Assembly: GCA_965205425.1 (NCBI GenBank)
Contig: CBDBGZ010000009.1
Coordinates: 32,001 to 96,000, forward strand
Length of the DNA: 64,000 nucleotides
Direction: 5' to 3'
Origin: Nitrosopumilus sp.
Lineage (GTDB): Archaea > Thermoproteota > Nitrososphaeria > Nitrososphaerales > Nitrosopumilaceae
Numbering within the stretch: position 1 is the first letter of the stretch; the number at the start of each line of letters is the position of its first letter. This document shows positions 39,233-50,268 of the stretch, in pieces. The position numbers and the translations under genes were made by a program. The notes under the pieces were generated by a model. That model was given only the letters and a program-made list of their open reading frames with translations, ran no database searches and was not told the DNA's origin.

Positions 39233-39942
39233 TACCCAAGATCATAAGTCTTTTCAATTTATTGTTCTTGCAAAATACTGATACATATTCAAATTAAATT
39301 TGTGGGTTCTAAAATATTCCATAACTGTATGCCTCATTTCATGAATAGATTCATAAAATTCTGATTCAACATTAACATGTTTGCACTGTCTCCAAATCTC
39401 TTCAATCATACTCAAATGTGGAGAACCTCTTGGAAGATATGCCAGTTTGACATCTTCGTTTTTACGCAGATATTCTTTTACATCATTAGCTTTGTGTTGC
39501 GGTGCTCTATCGACGATAACAAATATTTTTCCAAATTTTCTACGAGCTGCCTCTAAATAATCCATAAATGCAATTGAATTAAATTTTTCATACGATCTAA
39601 AAAAACTTTGATTATCATCAGTCACCATCCCATAAACCAAAAATCTTTGGTGTGATCCTCTCCAACGTACAATCATTCGTTGATGTACATCTGTCCAGTA
39701 TTTTTTACCAAGACGTACATCGTCTACAAATACAGACTCGTCTTGGATGAATACTGTAAAACCTTTCTTTTTTGCCTTTTCTATGCGTGAAATGATGCGG
39801 TTTTTACACTTGCGGCACACATCCTTGGATGCTGCTCGCACATGTACCTTTTGGGGAACCTTTGGTTTTAGATTCCATTTGTGCATCAAACGACGCACGT
39901 GAGTGATATGATATGTAATGCGTGTTCTGTAAAATATGAATT
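39233..39942 (-). mobile_element. IS630 type C, truncated copy
   Basis: Near-identical to the first ~710 bp of 36701-37796; transposase 5' part missing. Confidence 0.9.
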
Positions 39943-42067
39943 TAGTTAAGGCATTAAATATTTGAATATTTTAACAACTCTAACATCACCATTATCTAGT
40001 CTCTTCTGCATGTGTTTTCTCATCTCAGTTCCATTTGCAAAGAATGTGTTGGCATTGCCATTTTTTCTTCTCTCCACTGTACCTCAATTGGATTGAGTTC
40101 TGGAGTGTATGCAGGAAAATATCTGATGATTACTTTATTTTTTGGTGCTTTGAGAAATTCTTTTACTCTGAGACTTTTGTGGTATGATGCATTATCTGCA
40201 AACAATAACAATTTCTTACCAAATTGTTTTTGCAGTGATTCTAAAAAATCAAGAAATGCGTCTGTGTTTGATTTATCATAGAATCTGCAAAAAAACACAC
40301 CATCATCCCCCAATGCGCCAAATGATTGAAACTTTTCTCGAGTATAGTTGATTTTGGTTTGTGTATTTTTTCCTTTTAGATACCAGCCTTTTTTGATATT
40401 TGGAGCTATCTTGTTTGTTGACTCATCCAGACATAGTGTGGTGTATCCCAATTTGGAATATTTTTTGATACTCCTTTTTGCGTTTTTTTAAAACGGGTTT
40501 GTTCCTCTTTTGAGGCTGATTTGTGATGAGTCTGTCTTGGTTTTTTTGATGAGAATCCGATACGGTGTAGTAATTCACGCATTCCTCTTACAGAGTATAG
40601 GATATTGTATTTTTTATTCACATGTGTAATTACCATTCTTGTACTCCACATGAATTGGTTAAATCCAAACTTTTCTGGACCTGAAATTAGATCATTCCTT
40701 AATGACACTAGCTGTTTTTTATCTAAGAAACATCTAGAGCCAGAATATTCCTTACGGTGTGATGCAGATATTCCTTCTCGGTTCATTTGGTTTAACCAAT
40801 TACTAAGAGTTGATGGTATGATATCAAGACTGATGCATATTTGAGAATATGTCGGCCTTGTAGAAACCATAATAAAATAACAAAATCTAATTTTCTAATC
40901 CTGTAAGCATTGTATGCAATTAACCTGTACAACATCTCATTGTCCTGAGTTGTAACATTTCTTGATGTGACATCTCCTGACATTATCTGTTTGATCACAA
41001 AAAAGATTGTTTCAGATTTGTTTCTCTGATGGTACAATTGTACAGGAAAGTTCCTCTTCATCTCCTTTCTGTGAATTCCACTGGTTCTGTAAATTGGAAC
41101 TGTTCTATATCGAGTTGGAATCATTGCAGCTGTGTTGATCTGTTCTGCACCAACATGGTTATTCTCATCATCAAAACCCATGTCACCTAACACAATATCA
41201 ACTGGAACAATATTGTTGGTTTTGTACAACAATGGCAGAAAATCAGGATTATCATGTTGCATGTTGTGGTGTGTCATGACACAGCAAACAAGCTGTGTAT
41301 TCATGTCAGCACAAACAACAACTTTTAGGAAATTCCTGCGTAACTGTACTCTTTTTGTATAATAGTATGATGCTGTACTGTAACTGAATCCGCTACCATC
41401 AATTCCAGCTAGAACCAGTCTGACTTTTTTGTACAAAATGAATTCCTGCAACATTTTATGTAACAGATTTCCTTCCAGTCTTGCAGCTGCCTTTTGTAGT
41501 GTGGTGTAATGTGGAATGGTAGACAAACCAAGATATTCCTGAATTCCTACACATTCTTCTAAAAATTCTGTAAATCTTCTATAACTCTTTGATTCGTACT
41601 GTCGTATTGCCAAGAGTATGAGATGTGTCCAAACAGAATAGATATGATTTGATTTTGGATGTAAGAACCTGGGAATTCTGCATCTGGTGATTATATTGAG
41701 TAGTGTTTTGCACATTTTGACGTATGATGAGACCATACTGTAATCTGCAAATACAATCCTAATGGATCTAAATTAGCTAAAATGTATCACAATTGGGTTA
41801 AAATCAGATGGTTTCTACAAGGCCGAATATGTCATGTCTTGTTTGCGTAGAATTGCAGCCTTTAGTCTTATCTTTGCTTTTGCATTTTTTTCATTCTTGC
41901 ATGTTTTTCTTAAAAAATTAATGCTTGTACCTTTCATGAATTGATTCCCAGAGGAAACCTTGGATTGTCTTGTACTCTTTGACATGGTTTCATGAATTGA
42001 TTCTACGATCTAGATCTTTTGGGTTAAAATACTTGACAGTTTATTCAGAATTTATATGCCTAAACTA
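39943..42067 (-). mobile_element. IS630 type B variant, interrupted by an IS5-like element
   Basis: Same TIRs as 34859-36004; ORF pieces 40020-40451, 40406-40870 and a 5' part at ~41834-41985. Confidence 0.88.
40854..41824 (-). mobile_element. IS5-family (IS903-like) element copy 2; transposase ORF 40792-41736
   Basis: Same 17-bp TIR, 9-bp TSD GAATATGTC. Confidence 0.92.
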
Positions 42068-42222
42068 TAGTATAGATAATCTTTTAAAATATGGTCAATG
42101 GAAAAATCCATGTGTGAATGTTGATTTATACAAAAAAGCAGATCGTATGGATATGATTTTTTATAATGAAAAATTTGATTGTTATTCTACAAAACAATCG
42201 GATTAATAGATCGCAATAACAA

Positions 42223-42521
42223 GGGTGTGTCCTAAAACCATCCTCTAACATGTTTTGTAACCTCCATCAAATTAACAACTCGTATGTTGTAACAAATTAC
42301 ACGCAACGCCAACTCTTTTCTTTGAACCAACTTGTTTTTTGATGACAAGCTATTTCCAAAGATTCCTTTGAGTACTGCAAATACTGATTCAACAAGTGAC
42401 CTCTTGTGATAATGTCTGTCAAATTCATCTTGATTGTCCTGGAATAATGTTATCATTTTTTTCCATGATGCAGAGCCTTTGGGATTTCTAACCGTGTTCT
42501 TCTTTGGTTTGATGTATGGTA
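42223..42521 (-). pseudogene. 3' remnant of a second IS5-type transposase
   Basis: YHKRSLVESVF..LK and LRVICYN; truncated at the IS630 type A end; outer boundary approximate. Confidence 0.75.
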
Positions 42522-43607
42522 TAGCGAAAAGATAAAGTTCGTGAACTAAATTATTCCAAAACAAAAAACTTTTTGATCACTATGTATGGTAAAATTTGAT
42601 GAACAAGTTAGAATCACTTGAAAGCAGCATACAAAAAAAACTCCAAGGTTGCAGTAAGGATGCTTGCAGTGTTGATGATTCTAAAGGATGGAAAGGACAT
42701 ACAGTGCACTGCAAAGACATTACACCACTGCACAAGCTGGATGAGAAAATGGACGAGTCGTTTTGAGATAGATGGCCTCTACGACCACCCAAGAAGTGGC
42801 AGGCCAAGAACAATCTCCCAGACTCGAATGGATGCTATCATGTCAAAAGCAATGCTAACTTTGTTTACCCCCATAATGTTGCAACAAAGTATCTTTTATT
42901 CCACTGGAGTAAAATTTCACATAACCCACATCAGAAAGATAATGCACCAATACGGCATGTCTGCAAAAACTGCACAAAAATATCACATCAACCATGCAAG
43001 TATATCTGCTGTGAGAAGCTGGCAACAACGCACCAAAAAGAGAATTTCACGCCTAAAAAAGAAAGGATTTGTAATTGCAATGGCTGATGAAGCATTCTTT
43101 GTAAGGGATACAAAAACAGGAAAAAAGTACTGGTCACCAGTTGCCAAGAGAATATTTCTTCCATATACAGGACGACATGAGAGTCTGGCAGTGTATGGTA
43201 CAATTACAGAAAATGGCAATCAACTATTCAGAGTTTATGACAAATTCAACGCTGTAACATTTGTAGAGTACCTAAAGGAATTGCATCAGAAATATGGCAA
43301 AATTGCAATCATTTTAGATAGAGCATCAGTTCACAAATCAAAGAAGGTAAAGAAATACCTTGCAAACAATAGAGATGTCAAACTAATCTGGTTGCCAAAG
43401 GGATCACCATACTTGAAGAACATGATAGAGCAGTGCTGGAAGATAAGCAAGTATGCATTGTTGTTGGTTTCAGAGTATTATGCAATGTTTACAATAATGA
43501 ACAAGGCAGTGTCCGAATATTTCAGAGTAACCAAATTCAAGCTTGATGTTGCAAATTATATCTTTAGAAATCCTGCAAAGATGTTTGCGAACTTTTGATC
43601 GTCGCTA
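42522..43607 (+). mobile_element. IS630 type A copy 2, open transposase 42618-43598
   Basis: TAGCGA...TCGCTA ends, TA on both sides; left and right flanks come from different elements. Confidence 0.9.
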
Positions 43608-43735
43608 TAGCATTGAGAGAATAGTCTCGTATGGATACATGTCTGCCATCTTTTGATTGAAACCATTCTCTAGCGAAAGCCATGCCCTGATGTATAGAAA
43701 GAGAGGAAATGTATAAAAACAATTCACATGGATAA
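43608..43735 (+). mobile_element. orphan right-end (non-coding) remnant of the IS110 element
   Basis: Near-identical to the last ~128 bp of 54695-56013, ends at the ATAA core. Confidence 0.88.
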
Positions 43736-43830
43736 TTACATAAAATTAGTTTGGGGGTAATAGGTTTACAATCACCAATATCTATTATGTTTGAATCATG
43801 TTTACTGTGAGAAAGGAAAATCGCGGTCAT
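43736..43830 (-). pseudogene. TIR-like domain gene, N-terminal stub
   Basis: MTAIFLSHSKHD matches the TIR beta-A (F.SHS..D) motif; ATG overlaps the reconstructed Mrr stop. Confidence 0.55.
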
Positions 43831-43836
43831 TGATTT

Positions 43837-43925
43837 TCACCATTAAAATTATCTATTAGCTTCATCACCATTAAAATTATCTATTAGCTTCATCACCATT
43901 AAAATTATCTATTAGCTTCATCACC
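43837..43925. repeat. 28-bp tandem repeat x3.2 (TCACCATTAAAATTATCTATTAGCTTCA)
   Basis: Direct reading; no spacers. Confidence 0.93.
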
Positions 43926-44569
43926 TCTTGTCTATTCCACAATTCAATGCCTATTTTTGCAGCTAATTCTCTTGCCCCATTTGTGTAAACTGAATTTGTA
44001 ATTACTATGCCAACGTCTGTGTCATAATACGCTACTGCTCCATGTGCTTCTTGTACTGCACCGTTTGATACTTTTCTGTCAATAGAGTATCGCTTTGCTT
44101 GAAAAACATATTTGGTCTCATCTTTTGTTGCAAGTACATCTCCTCCTTGATCACCACTTTTTCCTGTAACTACTACGTCTGAAAATCCATTACTTTTTAA
44201 CAACTCCGCCACAAAGTCTTGAAATTCATTCCCATCTAATCTATCAGCCTGAAATATACTTAATTTTTGAATATTTGTTCTAGTTGGTTCATTTCTATTT
44301 TTAATTTGAGGTTTTGCGATATCTGCCTTTTCAATTTCAACATGAATTAATTCCATTAATTTCCTCTTTGATAATTTTTTTCTTATCATTTGATTTTGTA
44401 CAATTACTGTAGCAAAACTTTCTATATATTCTTCATCATCATATGAAAAATTTCGCATGAAATGTTGAATCACATTGGACAAAGTTCTTGTAGATTCAAA
44501 ATTATTCCAAAAGTTATTTTCTAAATCTAATGCTTTTGGAGAATAAGCGTTCCCATCAAAATATTCCAA
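43877..44569 (-). CDS. Mrr-family (type IV-like) restriction endonuclease
   Basis: LDGNEFQDFVAELL, GDQGGDV, QAKRY, VITNS.YT..A, IELW. Confidence 0.9.
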   Translation of the reverse strand: MEYFDGNAYSPKALDLENNFWNNFESTRTLSNVIQHFMRNFSYDDEEYIESFATVIVQNQMIRKKLSKRKLMELIHVEIEKADIAKPQIKNRNEPTRTNIQKLSIFQADRLDGNEFQDFVAELLKSNGFSDVVVTGKSGDQGGDVLATKDETKYVFQAKRYSIDRKVSNGAVQEAHGAVAYYDTDVGIVITNSVYTNGARELAAKIGIELWNRQEVMKLIDNFNGDEANR

Positions 44570-46228
44570 CTATCTCCATCCTCCTTTTTTATGAACTAGA
44601 GTCTGTTTTTTGATTTTATCAAATACTATAATTTTACTTCCAAATAATTTTTTGACTTTAAACACAGAGAATTTACTGTTTGATGAACATTCCCATTTTT
44701 TTATTTTTTCTAGTTCTTTGTATGCTGAAATAACATTTTGGACTTCTTGATGTTCCTTTTCTACTGGTTGTAATTGTTTACACGTATCACAAAGTTTTCC
44801 ACTAACACAACTGTTACTGTAAGATTGTTCGCACAATTCACATTTTCTAGAATCCTTCAAACAATGATTTTTCTCACAAATTCCGCAAATGGTGATATCA
44901 TTTGAGCAAAATTGTGATTTACATTCAATACATTCCGTGGAATCTAACTGGCATAGACGTTTTTCACATTTTTTACAGGCATGAAGTGACTCTTCGCAGA
45001 ATCTTTGGAAACAAATCTGACAGTTATCAGAACAAAGTCCTTCTTGGCACAGATAACATGGATTAAGTTCATTAGTACATGATGCACAAACATCCTTCTC
45101 ACATTTTACACAATGAGTTGTACAAAAATCACAACTTAGATGAGAGTTAATACAAAGATGAGTCTTTTCCATTTGATTTTTACAAATTTCACAATTTACA
45201 ATAAAATTTTTTGAAGGATCAACATATTTTATATGAACTTGTTTATTTGAAACATTATTTTTAAATTCTAAATTACAATCTGTTATACTATACGAATACA
45301 CTTTAGCTGCGACAAGTACAAAATCTACTATTGGACGATATCTTTTTTCTATTTGTTCTATCTGAATTGCTTTATCTTTAGTTACTCTTTGAACTAGTTT
45401 TCCTAATTTTTCTTGTTCTTTTGAAATTTTTTCCTCTTGTTTATTTTTCTGTTCTGCATATTTTACTTGAGTTTTATATGAACGTGCATTAGAAATTTTT
45501 CTATCATATTCATATAATTTGTTTCTCTGTAAGCTAACATCTTGATTATATTCTTTAATCCGTCTTTCATGTGCTTGGTGAACTGAATTGATATCTCTAG
45601 TTTTATTGTTTTCAGTTAAATCTGCATATTTTAGTGCTAAATATTTAATCTCATCATTTAGAAATTCTGTTGCTTTACTATATGCATAATCAATTCTAGA
45701 ATCGTTTTGTTCATACTTTATTTCTCCCAATGATTCATCAACCATTATTTCTGATGGAAATTCAAGAATCTCAAGTGTCTCTAAATCAACATCTACCCAT
45801 CTTAGCATAGCAACTCGTTTGATACTCTTTACATTGATGTTGAAAAAATATCTAACTGCCAGTTTGAATTCTTCTTCAGAATCAACACAGCTAATTTTAC
45901 AGTTATGAGTAGATATTGTGCCTACAGCTTCCTGTGGATTTTGTGTCTGTTTTTGGAGATGTGCGCCTACTACTGGAGCTTGTTTTCGAATCTGATCTAG
46001 AATAATATCTAGAAAATTACTTCCAGGTACCACAAGTTCACATGAATGAGTTTCAGCAATTCCATAATCAAATGTTACTCTTTTAGAAATTGTTCTAAAT
46101 ATTGGTTCAAATTTCTCAGGTATTGTAATAGAATACAATCCGTGGGATTCTTCCACTTCAGCTCCGATTTTCTGTAGATAATCTAGAGAAAGTTCTTTTG
46201 AAAGTTCTAAAATTTCTTTGTCATCCAT
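44570..46228 (-). CDS. YqhG-like N-terminus, coiled coil and CxxC zinc-finger array
   Basis: PGSNFLDIIL motif, long charged helix, many CxxC pairs; coupled to the SNF2 gene. Confidence 0.65.
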   Translation of the reverse strand: MDDKEILELSKELSLDYLQKIGAEVEESHGLYSITIPEKFEPIFRTISKRVTFDYGIAETHSCELVVPGSNFLDIILDQIRKQAPVVGAHLQKQTQNPQEAVGTISTHNCKISCVDSEEEFKLAVRYFFNINVKSIKRVAMLRWVDVDLETLEILEFPSEIMVDESLGEIKYEQNDSRIDYAYSKATEFLNDEIKYLALKYADLTENNKTRDINSVHQAHERRIKEYNQDVSLQRNKLYEYDRKISNARSYKTQVKYAEQKNKQEEKISKEQEKLGKLVQRVTKDKAIQIEQIEKRYRPIVDFVLVAAKVYSYSITDCNLEFKNNVSNKQVHIKYVDPSKNFIVNCEICKNQMEKTHLCINSHLSCDFCTTHCVKCEKDVCASCTNELNPCYLCQEGLCSDNCQICFQRFCEESLHACKKCEKRLCQLDSTECIECKSQFCSNDITICGICEKNHCLKDSRKCELCEQSYSNSCVSGKLCDTCKQLQPVEKEHQEVQNVISAYKELEKIKKWECSSNSKFSVFKVKKLFGSKIIVFDKIKKQTLVHKKGGWR

Positions 46229-46230
46229 TT

Positions 46231-48003
46231 TTATCTACTCGCTGACAAATCAAAATTAGCAAATACTTGATCATCAAAATCCATTATTGTATCATGCAAG
46301 TCTTTTTTGGTATGAGATAACTTATCACCTAGCGCTGAGAATTTATTTTGTGTGTCTTTTCTAGTTGTTGCTGACATGTATGATTCAAAAATTTCCGAAG
46401 GAAGTTTCTCAAATCCCTCATCTTCAAATAATAAATCAAGATCTCCGATTGTCATTTTAAATAAGTTAATTTTATCAAACAATAATTTTAGAACATATTC
46501 TTCAATACTTCCAATGATTGCTAAATTATGAATATGTACATCTTCATCCTGTCCGATTCTATGAACTCGTCCCACTCTTTGTTCTACTCGCATTGGATTC
46601 CATGGTAGATCATAATTGATCACTTTACTACAAAATTGAAAATTTTGACCCTCGCCACCAGCTTCAGTTGCAATCATAATTTGAATATCTCGTTTGAATT
46701 TACTAACTGCAGTATCCCTTTCTCTTGCAGACATTGAACCGTTAAATTTTACTGCTTCAATTCCTTCATCATCAAAATAATCAAAAATATAATCTTGTGT
46801 ATCTCTAAATTCTGTAAAGATTAGATGTTTTTCTTCTGGGTTTTCTTTAATTATATCTCGTAACCTCTGCATTTTAGAATCTACTTTGATTTTGTCAGCT
46901 AACTCCAAAATACTCTCAAGTTCATCTACATACTGAGGGAATTGTTGTTTTTTGTTCTTAATTGCACCTCTCAAAGCAGATGTACTGCTTGAAATTTGCC
47001 TCTGAAGTGTCATTAGAGGTAAAACAAAGTTTCTTCCTCCTTTTTGATCAAGCCATAATTTTCTAACAAATTCCGTAGCATGTTGATACAGTTGACTTTC
47101 ATATTCAGATGGTTCTAAAAGATGGGTTCTTGGGATTCTGTCTGTAAATTCAATGTATTCTTTTACTTCTTCTCTAGTTGTTCTGATAATTACTTGTCTT
47201 AGAATTTCTTGTAATTCAAATCTTCTTTGAGGAATAATCTTTTGTGCCTTTTTATCACTTGTAAAACTTGATGCAAAATCTCTCCAAGACCCAAGATATC
47301 CTGGTTTGATTATTTCAACTAGGTTGTATAATTCTTCTAAATTATTTTGAATGGGTGTTGCAGATAATAAGAAAATAAATTTTTTCTGTAATTCTCTTAC
47401 AAACTGATTGGCTTGTGTAGTTGATTTTTTTAATCTATGAGCTTCATCTACAATCACTACGTCCCATTCAATATATTTTAACAAATTTGCATTTCGTGGT
47501 TGAATTGCTGATGAAATTGAAGAAATTAGCATAGTATGTTTATCATACCCTTCAAATCTAGAATCATCTTTGTTAACTATAAAATCAAGTTCAAATTTCG
47601 ATTTTAGTTCTTCTTGCCATTGACTTCGTAATGAAGGTGGAGTAAGAATTAATGCATTGTGTATCATTCCAGTTACAAAATATTCTTTTAGTAAAATTCC
47701 TGCTTCAACGGTTTTTCCTAAACCTACTTCATCAGCTAAAATCACTCTACCATTAAGATTATTTTTTACAAGTTTAGCTGCCATGATTTGATGATCAAAA
47801 ATTGAGATAGTCGAATTTAGTGAATTTTGAATTGTTAGTCCACGAGATTGCTGTGCATTAATAATTTCATACGCCTTTAGAAGATTTGACAGATCATCAG
47901 ATTTGTTAAAGAGTAATCGTCTTAGTTTATTTTTTACTCCATAGGTATCAAAATACCTCAATTCCACTCTATTACCGCTATTCCAATCTGACAAAATTTC
48001 CAC
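46231..48003 (-). CDS. SNF2-family ATPase/helicase (YqhH/RapA-like)
   Basis: ILADEVGLGKT, DEAH, SATP, GGEGQNFQ, YDLPWNP..EQRVGRVHRIGQ. Confidence 0.93.
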   Translation of the reverse strand: MEILSDWNSGNRVELRYFDTYGVKNKLRRLLFNKSDDLSNLLKAYEIINAQQSRGLTIQNSLNSTISIFDHQIMAAKLVKNNLNGRVILADEVGLGKTVEAGILLKEYFVTGMIHNALILTPPSLRSQWQEELKSKFELDFIVNKDDSRFEGYDKHTMLISSISSAIQPRNANLLKYIEWDVVIVDEAHRLKKSTTQANQFVRELQKKFIFLLSATPIQNNLEELYNLVEIIKPGYLGSWRDFASSFTSDKKAQKIIPQRRFELQEILRQVIIRTTREEVKEYIEFTDRIPRTHLLEPSEYESQLYQHATEFVRKLWLDQKGGRNFVLPLMTLQRQISSSTSALRGAIKNKKQQFPQYVDELESILELADKIKVDSKMQRLRDIIKENPEEKHLIFTEFRDTQDYIFDYFDDEGIEAVKFNGSMSARERDTAVSKFKRDIQIMIATEAGGEGQNFQFCSKVINYDLPWNPMRVEQRVGRVHRIGQDEDVHIHNLAIIGSIEEYVLKLLFDKINLFKMTIGDLDLLFEDEGFEKLPSEIFESYMSATTRKDTQNKFSALGDKLSHTKKDLHDTIMDFDDQVFANFDLSASR

Positions 48004-48061
48004 TTATTGCTAACCTCATCTTCTCATATTTTTGCTTATTTAGTTTAGGCATGCAGTCTAT

Positions 48062-48203
48062 TAGACGTCTTGCGTAATTATTTCTAGGCATGAATTTTGT
48101 TGCAGGATTTTTCAAATTGGTTGAGAAATTTGAATTTTCAGGTATGAATTCTGTTAAAATACAAAATTTGAGAAAAAATTTCTATAATTACGCAAGTGGT
48201 CTA
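48062..48203. mobile_element. 142-bp MITE type 3
   Basis: 20-bp TIR TAGAC(GT/CA)CTTGCGTAATTAT (18/20), non-coding interior. Confidence 0.75.
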
Positions 48204-49242
48204 TTGTACAAAAATTAGGTCGTCCTAAGATTAGACATTGTGTAAAGGAATACTATAGACTATATCGATCTAAAATTATGAGGAAATATCTTACTGAGAA
48301 ATCAATACGTTACATCATTGCACAGTGTAAACAAGGGTCGTAGAACAGCTACAATTGCATATGAAACGAATGTAACACAGAGACATATTCAACGTATTTG
48401 GGCAGAATTTCGTAAAACAGGTGGTACCACATGTACAAAAAACTCCTGGAAGACATTCATCAGCACCATCAGAGACCCAAACCAATCTAGTATTACAAAA
48501 ACACAAAGAACAACCAATAGGTGCAGTACGTCTTACAAAAGAACTCAAAGAAAAAGGTCACATTATAAGTTACCATAAAGTATACCAGATAATGAAGGCG
48601 AATCATCTATCAATTCCATCCCCTGCAAAATCACGTAAACGCAAATGGGTAAGATTTGAACGCAAGTATTCCAATGCAATGTGGCATGTGGATTGGCATA
48701 TGATGAAGGACCCACGCTTTAGAGGGCTGAATCTAGTCACATATCTTGATGATTCTTCAAGGTGTATCATGGCAGCACAAATATTCACTCAAGCTACATC
48801 AGAAAATGCAGCACGAGTCTTGTATAAAGCAGTCAAAAAGTTTGGTGTCCCTGCTACAATACTTTCAGATAACGGATTATGCTTTGTTGGAAGACATCAA
48901 AAAAAACCAAAAGGTTCATGGAGTCCAACACTTTTTGAAGAAGCATTGCTAGACATGGGAATTGAGTTGATAAACTCCAGACCATATCATCCACAGACAA
49001 ATGGCAAGCTAGAACGATTCCACAGAAGTATTGAAGAAGAGATATTTCACTATGATAGTCTGTCTGAATATGTCAAATATTACAATGAACGCAGACTACA
49101 CTTTTCACTAGATATTGATGCAGGTGAACGACCACTAGATGCATTTAAAGCAAGAATTGCCACAAAAACGATCAGAGATGATAACCCCAATTGGGCTGAA
49201 GAGGATACAAATGGATAAGCGACATAATTTCCGTATAGTACA
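48204..49242 (+). mobile_element. IS481-family element (second type), transposase 48278-49218 with two frameshifts
   Basis: MWHVDW, LSDNG, HPQTNGKLERF; right end ..GTACA; left end approximate. Confidence 0.82.
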
Positions 49243-49299
49243 TCCCATTTTTTTATGCGTAAATCATATTTCTTGATATACCTCTTAATGTAACAATAA

Positions 49300-50268
49300 T
49301 TGTTGAGTGAAATCCTAAAAGTTGAACATTTAAAAAAATATTTTACCAAAAAAGGAATGTTTGGAACAAAATCATCAACAGTTAGAGCAACAGATGATGT
49401 TTCATTTTCATTAAAAGAAGGAGAAGTTTTTGTTTTAGCTGGAGAATCTGGCTCTGGAAAATCAACTATTGCAAAATTAATTTTAAAGTCAATTGAATTA
49501 GATTCAGGTAAAATATTTTTTGACGACCAAGAAATTGATAATCAAAAAGAAAACTTGGCAAAAATTAGAATGAACTGTCAAATGATTCACCAAGATCCAT
49601 ATGATTCCATCAATCCAAGAATGAGGATTGGAGACATTGTGTCAGAGCCACTAGAGATTCACAAAATTGGTAATAAAGAAGACAGGTACAAGAGAGTTAT
49701 CGAAGTATTACAAGAAGTAAAGCTTGAACCTGCAGAAGATATTGTAAAAAGATATCCTCACATGTTATCAGGAGGGCAAAGACAAAGAGTTGTTTTAGCA
49801 CGAGCACTTGCATTAAAACCAAAAGTAATTCTTGCTGATGAACCAGTCTCCATGTTAGATGTATCCATCAGAACAGAGATGCTAGAATTGATGCAAGAGT
49901 TACAACAAAAATACAATATTTCATTTATCTACATCACACATGATTTAGCAACTGCAAGATATTTTGGTCAAAGAATAGGTATTTTGTATATGGGGAAAAT
50001 TGTAGAAATGGGTCCAATAGATCAAGTATTAGAAAAACCCAGACATCCATATACACAGGCACTAATTGATGCAATTTCAGAGCCAGATCCAGAAAACTTG
50101 CACCGAGAAAGAAAAATTAGAATTAATGAGCCCAAGGATGTAGATGTCTGCCAAGGATGTAGATTCAGAGCAAGATGTTCCTATGTAATTGAGAAATGTA
50201 CAAGCGAACCTAATCTAGAGAAAATAAACGATGAACATTATTCTGCATGTTTTGTAAAACTAGATTAG
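49300..50268 (+). CDS. oligopeptide/dipeptide ABC transporter ATP-binding protein (OppF/DppF-like)
   Basis: GESGSGKST, LSGGQRQR, HPYTQAL, GCRF..RC. Confidence 0.93.
   Translation: MLSEILKVEHLKKYFTKKGMFGTKSSTVRATDDVSFSLKEGEVFVLAGESGSGKSTIAKLILKSIELDSGKIFFDDQEIDNQKENLAKIRMNCQMIHQDPYDSINPRMRIGDIVSEPLEIHKIGNKEDRYKRVIEVLQEVKLEPAEDIVKRYPHMLSGGQRQRVVLARALALKPKVILADEPVSMLDVSIRTEMLELMQELQQKYNISFIYITHDLATARYFGQRIGILYMGKIVEMGPIDQVLEKPRHPYTQALIDAISEPDPENLHRERKIRINEPKDVDVCQGCRFRARCSYVIEKCTSEPNLEKINDEHYSACFVKLD

Noticed and set aside
41970..42206. 78-aa plus-strand ORF
   Set aside because: Spans the IS630-B terminus into unrelated DNA; chance ORF.
43837..43925. 28-bp repeats as a mini CRISPR array
   Set aside because: Units are head-to-tail with no spacers, derive from the Mrr coding end, and no cas genes are present.
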